Source: an uncultured bacterium
GTDB lineage: Bacteria; Patescibacteriota; Minisyncoccia; Moranbacterales; UBA2206
Direction: 5' to 3'
Assembly (NCBI GenBank): GCA_903841185.1
Contig: CAIMIV010000003.1
Span: forward strand, 773 to 64,772
DNA length: 64,000 bases
In this document: positions 52,652 to 62,653 of the stretch, piece by piece
How the letters are laid out: the number at the start of each line of letters is the position of its first letter
Position numbering within the stretch: the stretch's first letter is position 1
Notes under the pieces: generated by a model
What the model was told of the DNA's origin: nothing
The model's input: the letters and a program-made list of their open reading frames with translations, nothing else
Databases searched by the model: none
Position numbers and translations under genes: made by a program

Positions 52652-55600
52652 ATGGATAATGAGAGTATTTTTATGCTTAAAGTCGAAAAAACATTGCAGG
52701 TAAAAAAGACCTTCGGTTCCGGATCTTCCTTATCGAAGAGAAAGTTTTTTAAACAAATGTCGGTTGTGTCATTGCCCAACTTGATTGAAGCGCAATTAAA
52801 CTCCTATGATTGGCTGTTGGAAAAGGGACTGAAGGAGCTGTTATTGGAAATTAATCCGATTACTGATTTTACCAGCAAGGATCTGGAACTATCTTTCGAG
52901 GATTATTATTTGGACGAACCAAAATATGACGAAGTGACTGCCAAGAATAAGAATATTTCTTATGAAGCGCCTTTGCGTTGCAAAGTCCGCTTGATTATCA
53001 AAAGCACGGGAGAAATCAAGGAGCAAGAAATCTATTTGGGAGATTTTCCGATCATGACGGAGCGAGGAACGTTCATTATCAATGGTGTGGAAAGAGTGGT
53101 AGTGAGTCAGTTGATTCGCAGCCCGGGCGTTTTCTTTACCATGGATTACCAAAAGGGCAGACGACTTTTTGGCGCTAAAATTATTCCTAATCGAGGAGCG
53201 TGGCTGGAAATCGAAACTGATTACGCCGGCGTGTTGTATGTAAAAATTGACAGAAAAAGAAAAGTTTCCCTAACTTCATTGTTGAGGGCTTTTGGCTATG
53301 CTACGGAAAAAGAATTACTCGGTCTGTTTTCGGATATTGATAAGGGTGAAATCAGCTATATTGCAGAGTCTATTCGAAAGGATGCTGCCAAAGATCAGGC
53401 GGAGGGTTATAAAGAAGTGTATAAAAGAATCAGACCAGGTGATTTAGCGACAGCGGAAAACGCTAAGCAAATGATTGACTCGATGTTTTTTGATTTTGAA
53501 AAATATGACTTCGGCAGCGTGGGAAGATATCGATTGAATCAAAGATTGGAAACGGAATTGGCTAACACTGAAGAAAATAGAGTGCTGTTGCGGGACGATT
53601 TTATTGCCATTGTAAAAGAAATTATTCGCTTAAATAATGATCCGACTGCACAAGCTGATGATATTGATCATCTTGGAAACCGACGCGTGCGAGCCGTGGG
53701 TGAATTGGTGCAAAACAAATTGCGAGTCGGTTTTGCCAGAATGAGCAGAAACATCAAGGACCGAATGAGTACTTGTGATATTGAAACAGTGGTTCCCGGA
53801 CAATTGATCAATTCCCGACCGATTGCGGCTGCCATTAAGGAATTTTTTGCTAGTTCGCAATTGTCTCAATTTATGGACCAGGTGAATCCTTTGGCTGAGT
53901 TGGAACACAAGCGCAGACTTTCTGCGATGGGACCAGGAGGCCTCACTCGGGAACGCGCTGGATTTGAAGTGCGAGATGTGCATCATTCTCATTATGGCAG
54001 AATTTGCCCGGTAGAAACTCCGGAAGGTCCGAATATTGGACTAGTGGGTCATTTGGCGACTTATGCCAAGATTAATGAATATGGTTTTCTTGAAACACCT
54101 TATTTGAAAATTTATACCGAAATTGAAAATAACAGCGAAAAAACCGTAGGAAGAATTTTACGGGAAGATGTGACTGGTTTTAAAGCGGGGACTTTGGTGG
54201 ATGAAAAAATGGCTAAGGAGATAGAAAAGGATAAAAAGCATGCGGTTATTCAAATTCTACCTTGGATCAGTAAAGAGATTGAATATCTCAATGCTACTAA
54301 GGAAGATCGCAAGACGATTGCGCATGCCAATATTGGTGCTGATGAGTATGGCAATATCACTGATGAGATTGTTGGGGCTCGAGTGAAAGGACACGCCACG
54401 GAAATTGAGGCGATGAAAATTGATTTTATTGATGTCTCCGCCAAGCAGATGATCTCCGTAGCGACATCTCTCATTCCTTTCTTGGAACATGATGATGCCA
54501 ACCGAGCTTTGATGGGTTCCAATATGCAACGACAAGCGGTGTCTTGCGTGAAACCGCAGGCTCCATTAGTAGGAACCGGCATCGAGGACAAGGCGGCGGC
54601 TGATTCTGGACAAGTAGTGATTGCCAAACAACCAGGAGAGGTGATTGAAGTGGATGCGGATCACGTGATTGTGAAAGAAGAAGCTCCGGCTGCTTCTAAA
54701 AAACCGTTTATTAAAAGAGAATATAAATTGCAGAGCTTTGTAAAATCCAATGCTTTTACTTCGATGAATCAGGTGCCTCGCGTAGAGAAAGGGCAGATGG
54801 TGCGAAAGGGAGAAATGTTGGCGGATGGTGCTTCCACTGATCATGGTGAATTGGCATTGGGACAAAATATCGTCGTAGCTTTCATCCCATGGGAAGGATC
54901 CAATTATGAAGATGCGATTATTATTTCCCAGAAACTAGTGGAAGATGATCGGTATAGTTCGATTCATATTGAGGATTTCTCCATTGATGTGCGAGATACA
55001 AAGCTGGGACCCGAAGTGATTACCCGAGACATCCCTAATATTGGAGAGGAAAGATTGAAGAATTTGGATGAAACCGGTATCATCAGAATCGGGGCGGAAG
55101 TTTCTTCCGGGGATATTCTGATTGGAAAAATTTCTCCTAAGGGAGAAGGAGATTTGACCTCAGAAGAACGTTTGTTGCGAGCTATTTTTGGAGAGAAATC
55201 TCGAGACGTCAAGGACAGCTCCTTATATTTGCCTCATGGAGAATATGGCAAGGTAGTGGACATTAAAATCTTTTCTAGAGAACAAGGCGATAAATTGCCA
55301 ACCGGCGTGATTCAGCAAATTCAAGTTTCTGTCGCACAACTGAAAAAGATTTCCGTAGGAGATAAATTAGCGGGGCGCCATGGTAACAAGGGTGTTATTT
55401 CTCGAGTGGCTCCAGTAGAAGATATGCCTTATTTGCCGGATGGAACTCCGGTAGATATGATTTTGAATCCACTGGGTGTAGCCAGTCGTATGAATATCGG
55501 TCAGATTTTGGAAACTCATCTTGGTTGGGCTGCTCTAAAACTTGGTTATAAAGTAGCTACCCCAGCACTGGAGGGAGTGACGGAAGTGCAAATCAAGGGT

Positions 55601-56092
55601 GAACTAGAAAAAGCTGGATTACCGGTAACGGGGAAAATCAAATTAGTAAATGGTAGAACCGGTGAGAAATTTGATAATGAATCTACGGTAGGAGTGATGT
55701 ATGTGATGAAGCTGCATCATTTAGTGGATGATAAAATCCATATGCGTTCTATCGGACCATACTCCTTGATTACGCAGCAACCTTTGGGTGGAAAGGCGCA
55801 ATTTGGAGGACAGAGATTTGGAGAAATGGAAGTGTGGGCTTTGGAAGGATATGGTGCTGCTTATACTTTGCAAGAAATGCTTACGATTAAATCAGACGAT
55901 GTAATGGGAAGAAGCAAGGCTTACGAATCAATTATTAAAGGTGAAATGATAAAGAGTCCCAATCTGCCGACTTCTTTCAATGTCTTGATAAATGAGTTGA
56001 AGGGATTAGCGTTAAATGTGGAGCTGATCGGAGTGAAGAAAGAAGCGGATGATGAAGATGACGCTCGCGATTATGGCTCATCACAAAATTAA
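52652..56092 (+). CDS. rpoB: DNA-directed RNA polymerase subunit beta
   Basis: 1146 aa with canonical RpoB blocks ('GVERVVVSQLIRSPGVFF', 'NRRVRAVGEL', 'MGSNMQRQAV', 'GRHGNKGVIS'). Confidence 0.95.
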   Translation: MDNESIFMLKVEKTLQVKKTFGSGSSLSKRKFFKQMSVVSLPNLIEAQLNSYDWLLEKGLKELLLEINPITDFTSKDLELSFEDYYLDEPKYDEVTAKNKNISYEAPLRCKVRLIIKSTGEIKEQEIYLGDFPIMTERGTFIINGVERVVVSQLIRSPGVFFTMDYQKGRRLFGAKIIPNRGAWLEIETDYAGVLYVKIDRKRKVSLTSLLRAFGYATEKELLGLFSDIDKGEISYIAESIRKDAAKDQAEGYKEVYKRIRPGDLATAENAKQMIDSMFFDFEKYDFGSVGRYRLNQRLETELANTEENRVLLRDDFIAIVKEIIRLNNDPTAQADDIDHLGNRRVRAVGELVQNKLRVGFARMSRNIKDRMSTCDIETVVPGQLINSRPIAAAIKEFFASSQLSQFMDQVNPLAELEHKRRLSAMGPGGLTRERAGFEVRDVHHSHYGRICPVETPEGPNIGLVGHLATYAKINEYGFLETPYLKIYTEIENNSEKTVGRILREDVTGFKAGTLVDEKMAKEIEKDKKHAVIQILPWISKEIEYLNATKEDRKTIAHANIGADEYGNITDEIVGARVKGHATEIEAMKIDFIDVSAKQMISVATSLIPFLEHDDANRALMGSNMQRQAVSCVKPQAPLVGTGIEDKAAADSGQVVIAKQPGEVIEVDADHVIVKEEAPAASKKPFIKREYKLQSFVKSNAFTSMNQVPRVEKGQMVRKGEMLADGASTDHGELALGQNIVVAFIPWEGSNYEDAIIISQKLVEDDRYSSIHIEDFSIDVRDTKLGPEVITRDIPNIGEERLKNLDETGIIRIGAEVSSGDILIGKISPKGEGDLTSEERLLRAIFGEKSRDVKDSSLYLPHGEYGKVVDIKIFSREQGDKLPTGVIQQIQVSVAQLKKISVGDKLAGRHGNKGVISRVAPVEDMPYLPDGTPVDMILNPLGVASRMNIGQILETHLGWAALKLGYKVATPALEGVTEVQIKGELEKAGLPVTGKIKLVNGRTGEKFDNESTVGVMYVMKLHHLVDDKIHMRSIGPYSLITQQPLGGKAQFGGQRFGEMEVWALEGYGAAYTLQEMLTIKSDDVMGRSKAYESIIKGEMIKSPNLPTSFNVLINELKGLALNVELIGVKKEADDEDDARDYGSSQN

Positions 56093-56189
56093 ACTTTTGG
56101 TTTAAAAATTAATTTCTAATTTCTAATTTCAAATCTCTAAATAATTTATTATTGAAAAATTTTAAATTTAGACTTGAAAATTCACATTT

Positions 56190-59100
56190 ATGGATTCCAT
56201 TACAAAAGTAAGTGATTTCAATAGCGTACGACTAAAGCTCGCCGGTCCAGCTCAAATATTGGAGTGGTCAAACGGTGAAATTACCAAACCAGAAACAATT
56301 AATTATCGTACCCAACGTTATGAGAAGGATGGTCTTTTCTGTGAAAAGATTTTCGGACCATCGCGTGACTGGGAGTGTTATTGCGGAAAGTATAAAAGAA
56401 TCAGGTATAAAGGGATTGTTTGCGATAAGTGTGGAGTGGAAGTCACTCGTTCCAGTGTGCGAAGAGAACGCATGGGACACATCCAGTTAGCAGTGCCAGT
56501 TTCTCATATTTGGTTTTTGCGAGGGGTGCCTAGTAAGATCGGTCTAGCTTTAGGGATGAGTCCTCAAGAATTGGAAAAAGTTATTTATTTCTCCAATTAT
56601 ATTATATTAGAAGTTAATAATGAGGCGCGCGATAAGTCATTGGCGCAATTAGAGCAGGAATTCAAATCCAAGCAAAAGGAGATTGCCAAGCTAGATGCGG
56701 ATGCTAAGGAGGCTAAGACGGATGAGTTAAAAGGCATTTACCGGACATCCAAGGAGGAATTGAAGGGCTTACAAAGATTTCAAATCATTACTGAAGTGGA
56801 ATATTTCAACCTGTCCACCAAATATGGGCAAGTCTTTTCCGCGGGTATTGGCGCTGAAGCTATCCGGACCATTTTAGAGAATTTGGATATGAAAGCGGAG
56901 ATTGAACTGCTGAAAAAAGATTTAGTAAAAGATGATACAATTGATACTAAAAAAATTCTCAAGAGAATCAAGCTCTTTCAAGGGTTGATCAACGCAGAGT
57001 TGCAACCGGAATGGATGTTGCCGACAGTGATCCCGGTAATCCCGCCAGATTTGCGCCCGATGGTAGCCTTGGATGGTGGTCGGTTTGCCACCTCTGACTT
57101 GAATGATCTATACCGCCGAATTATCAACAGAAATAATCGCTTGAAGAAACTGATTGAAATTGGCGCTCCGGAAGTGATTACCCGCAATGAAAAGAGAATG
57201 CTGCAAGAAGCAGTGGATGCTTTATTTGACAACAGCGCTAGACGGGGTCAGGTGAGTGTGACGGCTTCGACTGGACAAAGAAGAGCTTTGCGATCGTTAG
57301 CAGACACCCTTAAGGGAAAACAAGGTCGTTTCAGACAAAATTTGTTAGGAAAGCGCGTGGATTATTCTGGACGTTCGGTTATTGTGGTCGGACCAAAATT
57401 GAAGCTACATCAGTGTGGATTGCCTAAGAAAATGGCTTTGGAATTGTTTAAGCCTTTTATTATCAACAAGCTTATCGAAAGAGAGTTAGCGTATAACGTG
57501 CGAAGTGCCGGTAAGATGGTGGAGGGTGAAAGTGAGGAAGCATATGAAATTTTGGACGAGATTATTTCTCACCACTATGTAATGCTTAATCGTGCTCCAA
57601 CCTTGCATAGACTTTCCATTCAATCTTTTCAACCCGTGCTGATTGAAGGCAAGGCGATTCAATTGCATCCGATGGTGTGTTCCGCTTTCAATGCTGATTT
57701 CGATGGAGACCAGATGGCGGTGCATGTTCCGCTAACAGACAAAGCTCGCTGGGAAAGTGAGAACTTGATGTTGTCTAAACGCAATTTGCTAAAGCCAGCT
57801 AGTGGAGAGCCGATTATCAGTCCAACTTTGGATATGGTATTGGGATGTTATTATCTCACCCACATTTTGAAAGGCGCTAAAGGCGAGGGAAGGATTTTCT
57901 CCTCCTTTGATGAGGTGATTATGGCCTATGAATTGCGTCAGATTGATGTCCGCGCCGAAATAAAAGTTTTATTTGAGGGGAAAATTCTAGAAACTTCTGC
58001 CGGTAGAATCAAATTGAATGAAATTATTCCGGAGGGAGTCGAATATCTGAACTACGAGATGACCAAAAAGGAATTGAAATTGTTAGTGGCCAAGGTGTTG
58101 GAGACTTGCGGACCGGAAGAAACTGCGATATTTGCCGATAAGATTAAGGATTTAGGGTTTAACTCAGTAACTAAATCGGGAATTTCTTGGGGCATGGCGG
58201 ATTTAACTGTCCCCTTGGTGAAAAAAGAAATCATTAACAATGCCGAAGAGAAAGTAGAAGTGATTAAGCAGCAGTTTAATATGGGTCTTTTGACAGAAGG
58301 TGAGCGAAAAAGCCAGGTAATTGAGATTTGGAACAGCGCTAAAAATAAAATTACCGATGCAGTGCGAGAAGGCATTGATAAAGAAGGGCCAGTCTATTCC
58401 ATGGTCTATTCTAAAGCTCGAGGTTCGGAATCGGTTGTAGTACAGATGGCGGGAATGAAAGGTTTGATGGCTGGTCCAACCGGAGAGACTATCGAACTGC
58501 CGATTAAGAGTTGTTTCAAAGAAGGTTTGAATGTATTGGAATATTTCATTTCTACTCATGGAGCTAGAAAAGGTATGGCCGACACCGCCCTGCGAACCGC
58601 GACCGCTGGTTACCTGACTAGAAGATTAGTAGATGTTTCCCAAGATATCATTATTCGGGAAGAAGATTGCAAAGACCAAGAAGGTGCTTATTTATACAAA
58701 GAAGATTCTGATAGAATTGGTCAAAGCTTCGCTAGTCGCATCATTGGGCGCGTGACTCTGGAGGATATTGTTCATCCGAAGACCGGCGAGGTTATTGTGG
58801 AAGAGGGTATTCTGATTAGCAAGGAGCAAGGAGAAGCGATAGAAACTGCTAATGTTGTCAAGATTAAAATCCGTTCACTCGTTACCTGTAAAACTCCTCG
58901 AGGAGTGTGTCAGAAATGCTATGGCTTGGATCTCGGTAGAGGACATTTGGTGCAACTAGGTCAAGCGGTTGGAGTAGTGGCGGCGCAAGCTATTGGCGAG
59001 CCAGGAACCCAGCTAACCATGCGTACCTTCCATATCGGAGGTGTGGCGGGAACTGACATTACCCAAGGTTTGCCTCGAGTAGAAGAAATTTTTGAAGCTC

Positions 59101-59765
59101 GTCCTCCGAAGGGAGAGGCGGTAATTTCAGAAGTGGACGGTAAGGTAGTGGAAATTTCCACCGGAGACAAAACCACGGATATTAAAGTGGAGATCGCTGG
59201 CAAAACTAAGGTGGTGAAGGAATATCAAGTCTTGATGGGCAGTACAGTGTGTGTGGCCGAGGGTGATTTGGTTGGCAAAGGTTCGAAACTATCTGAAGGA
59301 AATGTGGATTTGAAGAAACTATATAAAGTCATGGGCTCAGAAGCCGTGCATAGATACATTGTGAAAGAAATTCAAGAAATCTACGCTTCGCAAGGTGAAG
59401 GAATCAACGACAAGCATATTGAAGTGATCATCAAGCAGATGTTTGGTCGGGTGCAGATTATCGACTCTGGCACTACCAGTTTGATGGGCGGAGATATTGT
59501 GGAAAAAGAACAGTTCAAGGAAATGAATAGACGAGTGGATGAAAACGGCGGTGAGAAAGCCACAGCAGAAGAACTGCTGATGGGTATCACCAAAGTAGCA
59601 CTTTCCACGGAAAGTTTCTTGTCTGCTGCTTCTTTCCAGGAAACAGCCAAGGTCCTGATCAACGCCGCTGTAGAAGGCAAAGAAGATCAGTTGCGTGGAC
59701 TGAAAGAAAACGTGATTATCGGAAAATTGATTCCAGCCGGAACTGGCTACCGAGAGGGTAAGTAA
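56190..59765 (+). CDS. rpoC: DNA-directed RNA polymerase subunit beta'
   Basis: 1191 aa with a Zn-finger '[23 protein letters not shown]', '[12 protein letters not shown]' catalytic Mg box, and the trigger-loop region. Confidence 0.95.
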   Translation: MDSITKVSDFNSVRLKLAGPAQILEWSNGEITKPETINYRTQRYEKDGLFCEKIFGPSRDWECYCGKYKRIRYKGIVCDKCGVEVTRSSVRRERMGHIQLAVPVSHIWFLRGVPSKIGLALGMSPQELEKVIYFSNYIILEVNNEARDKSLAQLEQEFKSKQKEIAKLDADAKEAKTDELKGIYRTSKEELKGLQRFQIITEVEYFNLSTKYGQVFSAGIGAEAIRTILENLDMKAEIELLKKDLVKDDTIDTKKILKRIKLFQGLINAELQPEWMLPTVIPVIPPDLRPMVALDGGRFATSDLNDLYRRIINRNNRLKKLIEIGAPEVITRNEKRMLQEAVDALFDNSARRGQVSVTASTGQRRALRSLADTLKGKQGRFRQNLLGKRVDYSGRSVIVVGPKLKLHQCGLPKKMALELFKPFIINKLIERELAYNVRSAGKMVEGESEEAYEILDEIISHHYVMLNRAPTLHRLSIQSFQPVLIEGKAIQLHPMVCSAFNADFDGDQMAVHVPLTDKARWESENLMLSKRNLLKPASGEPIISPTLDMVLGCYYLTHILKGAKGEGRIFSSFDEVIMAYELRQIDVRAEIKVLFEGKILETSAGRIKLNEIIPEGVEYLNYEMTKKELKLLVAKVLETCGPEETAIFADKIKDLGFNSVTKSGISWGMADLTVPLVKKEIINNAEEKVEVIKQQFNMGLLTEGERKSQVIEIWNSAKNKITDAVREGIDKEGPVYSMVYSKARGSESVVVQMAGMKGLMAGPTGETIELPIKSCFKEGLNVLEYFISTHGARKGMADTALRTATAGYLTRRLVDVSQDIIIREEDCKDQEGAYLYKEDSDRIGQSFASRIIGRVTLEDIVHPKTGEVIVEEGILISKEQGEAIETANVVKIKIRSLVTCKTPRGVCQKCYGLDLGRGHLVQLGQAVGVVAAQAIGEPGTQLTMRTFHIGGVAGTDITQGLPRVEEIFEARPPKGEAVISEVDGKVVEISTGDKTTDIKVEIAGKTKVVKEYQVLMGSTVCVAEGDLVGKGSKLSEGNVDLKKLYKVMGSEAVHRYIVKEIQEIYASQGEGINDKHIEVIIKQMFGRVQIIDSGTTSLMGGDIVEKEQFKEMNRRVDENGGEKATAEELLMGITKVALSTESFLSAASFQETAKVLINAAVEGKEDQLRGLKENVIIGKLIPAGTGYREGK

Positions 59766-59780
59766 AGACTACCCAAGAAA

Positions 59781-59808
59781 AAAACCGCTCCGAAAAGGGC
59801 GGTTTTTT
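59781..59808 (+). terminator. Rho-independent terminator after rpoC
   Basis: AACCGCTC-cgaaaag-GGCGGTT followed by TTTTTT. Confidence 0.7.
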
Positions 59809-59910
59809 GGTGGTTGAAAAAATAAAAAAGATGCAATTGGTATTTTGGGATAAAAAAAGAGGCAAGAGAAATAGGATTATTTCTCTTGCCTCAATATGTA
59901 TCTACAACCT

Positions 59911-60258
59911 TTATTTACAGGGATTAGATAGCTTTCTTCTAATTATCCCATGTGATTTTTCAGTACTTGTCTCAAAATTCCTTTTGCTTATATAGCAAGC
60001 TGGATTCGAGATGGTTTTATTAGAAATTTCAGTAGTAAATCCGACTACGTTCGAATAATTGCACCACCCCTCATCCCATTCACGCATACCTACGTCATCT
60101 ATATCGATAATAAGCATATGTGGATTAAAGGATTCTAAGTGTATCTGTAATGGAGCTTGGCAAGAATAATTTTTAATTATTCTGATTTCATCATGCGTTG
60201 GATTAAAGACGCTTGATATATAAGCGGAGCGGGGGCTTTTTAAGATTGAAATTCTCAT
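59911..60258 (-). CDS. Hypothetical protein
   Basis: 115-aa ORF divergent from TrmB paralog P5. No motif. Confidence 0.3.
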   Translation of the reverse strand: MRISILKSPRSAYISSVFNPTHDEIRIIKNYSCQAPLQIHLESFNPHMLIIDIDDVGMREWDEGWCNYSNVVGFTTEISNKTISNPACYISKRNFETSTEKSHGIIRRKLSNPCK

Positions 60259-60423
60259 GACAATTCTCCTTGAATAGTGTTTTTTAAAGGACTGTTGTTA
60301 AGTGAATAAATCAGCTTAACAACGTAGTATATCAGAAAATAGAGGTCTTGTCACGCTAGGACAACTAATATGTTGGGATGCGCGTAAAGTTGCTAAATAT
60401 TTGCTTTATCCTAGCCACCGTGC

Positions 60424-60455
60424 TATAATAAAAGTGTTGTCATTTACAATGACAA
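60424..60455 (+). promoter_or_regulatory. -10 box plus operator-like inverted repeat upstream of TrmB paralog P5
   Basis: TATAAT (60424) followed by AAAAGTGTTGTCA-tttacaa-TGACAA (inverted repeat 60437..60455). Near-identical GCTATAATAAAARTGTTGTCA occurs at 8130..8150 (P3). GTTGTCA-taattgg-TGACAG at 5967..5986 (P2). Confidence 0.5.
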
Positions 60456-60467
60456 GAATGAAAGTGT

Positions 60468-61199
60468 ATGTTACATAGGCAATTACAAGACGCTGGATTG
60501 AACGAAACTGAGGCGAAAATCTATCTCGCTTCTTTGGAGTTGGGGCAGACTTCCGTCAGTCGCATTGCCAAAAAAGCTGGCATTAAGCGCACAACGGTTT
60601 ATTTGTCACTGGAAAACTTAATGCAAAAAGGTTTGGTGAGTGCTATTAAAAAAGAGGGCAAAAGTCACTATTATGCTGAAGATCCACGGAATTTGGAGCG
60701 AATAATGGTGGAAAAGAAAGAACGAATTAGTAAAGTGATTCCGGAATTGTTGGCCTTTACTAATTTAATTGATAGAAAGCCTGAAATTCGTTATTTTGAA
60801 GGTGACGAAGGCATTAAGGAAGTTTTAATGAATGCGCTGATTAATGCTGATGGGGAAATTTTGACAATGTATTCTGAATCTTATATAAATGATTTTGATG
60901 AGAAATTTTTTTCTGAATATTATGTTCCTGAGAGAATCAGGCGAAGAATCTCTGCTCGAGCACTTCTACCAGACAATAATCAGATGAGAGAACTCGCAAT
61001 GACTAATGAGATATCTTTGCGTAAAACACGATTTGTATTCGCAGACTTGTTCAAAATCAAGATCGAAGTAATGATATACGATAGAGACAAACTGAGCATT
61101 ATTTCATATAAGGAAAAATTCGCCCTAATTATAGAAAGCCCGGCCATTCATGACAGTTTCAAGAGTATTTTTGAAACGATGTGGGCTGGGGCGAAGTAA
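60468..61199 (+). CDS. TrmB-family HTH transcriptional regulator, paralog P5
   Basis: 'LNETEAKIYLASLELGQTSVSRIAKKAGIKRTTVYLSLENLMQKGLV' plus C-terminal 'FALIIESPAIHDSFKSIFETMWAGA'. Confidence 0.7.
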   Translation: MLHRQLQDAGLNETEAKIYLASLELGQTSVSRIAKKAGIKRTTVYLSLENLMQKGLVSAIKKEGKSHYYAEDPRNLERIMVEKKERISKVIPELLAFTNLIDRKPEIRYFEGDEGIKEVLMNALINADGEILTMYSESYINDFDEKFFSEYYVPERIRRRISARALLPDNNQMRELAMTNEISLRKTRFVFADLFKIKIEVMIYDRDKLSIISYKEKFALIIESPAIHDSFKSIFETMWAGAK

Positions 61200-61237
61200 T
61201 GTTTTTTTTTGGAAAAAGGAGGCGGACAAGTCGGGGC

Positions 61238-61804
61238 TTATTTTTGGCATGTGCATTCCCAAGCGGTTTCAAATAAAATTTTTAGAAAGTTGGCAAAGCT
61301 TTCGGATTTTATTTCAAAAGAAATATTGTCACTGGTTTTAGATAAGATGCCTATTACCTTATCATCAAAGATTATAATTTCACCAGTAGTAAAATATTTG
61401 TCATCGGCCTTAAGCCAGCGATACTCAGTATTTTTCTGTCGTTTTTTATTGTTACCATAAACCTTGTCATACCATGCACGAGCATAGTTACTATCTATGG
61501 ATAGACATTTTTCTTGCACGCCGTTCCTATACCGAGCTAATGATCTTTGTTCGCCCATTTCATCAAACACCTCGGCGTAATTTTTCAAATTTGCAAATGA
61601 ATATACCGTGCTCTTAGAATCAAGCTCTTGATGAGCCATTTGTTTCATCGCTTCCACTCCTTCCACAATTTTTATAACTGGCTTTAGTTTGGTATCTTTA
61701 TAAAGTAGTTGTAATTTTGGAATAGTTTTTTCCAATTTTTGCAATCTTTTTTCATATAAGTTTTTTTTACCTTCAAGATATTGCTTTAGTCTGCTGGGAG
61801 GCAT
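61238..61804 (-). CDS. HTH-less paralog of the TrmB-family C-terminal domain
   Basis: Contains the coiled-coil linker and the conserved C-terminal box ('GEIIIFDDKVIGILS...ISFEIKSESFANFLKILFETAWEC') but no N-terminal winged helix. Starts MPPSRLKQ directly. Confidence 0.5.
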   Translation of the reverse strand: MPPSRLKQYLEGKKNLYEKRLQKLEKTIPKLQLLYKDTKLKPVIKIVEGVEAMKQMAHQELDSKSTVYSFANLKNYAEVFDEMGEQRSLARYRNGVQEKCLSIDSNYARAWYDKVYGNNKKRQKNTEYRWLKADDKYFTTGEIIIFDDKVIGILSKTSDNISFEIKSESFANFLKILFETAWECTCQK

Positions 61805-61862
61805 GGCTGAAAAAAATTTCTTATTGCCTTTTTTATGTCTAAGTTGACAGTATAATTTTATA

Positions 61863-62426
61863 GTGTCATTATATCATCATGAAATGATAATAAAATTATT
61901 GATATACAAAATGAAACAAAAAGAGAAAAATTATGCATTCATAGATGGGCAAAATCTACATATGGGCACAACAAATATTGAAAACACATGGAAGATTGAC
62001 TTTAGAAAGTTTAGAATTTTTTTAAAAGATAAATATCGTGTTGAAATAGCTTACTATTTTCTGGGTTATGTTATTGAAGAGAAAAGAGATTTGTACACAA
62101 AAATTCAAGAATCTGGGTTTGTTCTTGTTTTTAGAGAGCATAACGCTGCGATGGTTGGTAAGAAAAAAGGAAATGTGGATGCAGACATAGTTTTCTCAGT
62201 TATGAAAAAGTTATACAACGAGGAAGAGTTTGATAGGATTGTATTAGTTTCTGGGGATGGAGATTATAAGAGAATGGTTGATTTTTTAATTGAAGAAAAG
62301 AGATTTAAAAAAGTATTATTTCCAAATAAGAAGTTCGCATCTTCATTGTATAAAAAGCTAGGATCAGAATATTTTGATTATTTAGACAGTAAGCATATTA
62401 AAACGAAAATTATCAAAAATGAGTAA
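61863..62426 (+). CDS. NYN-domain (LabA-like) predicted ribonuclease
   Basis: 'YAFIDGQNLH', 'DADIVFSVM', 'IVLVSGDGDY' are the NYN/PIN-like acidic boxes. Likely true start at MKQKEKNYAF (61911). Confidence 0.55.
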   Translation: MSLYHHEMIIKLLIYKMKQKEKNYAFIDGQNLHMGTTNIENTWKIDFRKFRIFLKDKYRVEIAYYFLGYVIEEKRDLYTKIQESGFVLVFREHNAAMVGKKKGNVDADIVFSVMKKLYNEEEFDRIVLVSGDGDYKRMVDFLIEEKRFKKVLFPNKKFASSLYKKLGSEYFDYLDSKHIKTKIIKNE

Positions 62427-62653
62427 TAAAAAAGGCTCCTTAGGCACTAACACCGCTCGGATCCTTTTTCGTCTTGATACAATTATATTAGCATATGATT
62501 TGTATGAAGTCAAGGGGTGATTAGGTTGGTGTGATTAGATTAGGTATTTATGTTGCGTAAGTTCCATATAATAGGCTTTTTCAGCTTATTGGAGGATCAT
62601 TTTTCGTTTATTGGGATTTGTGCTAAAATAAAAGAGTTAATGAAGTTTTAACT

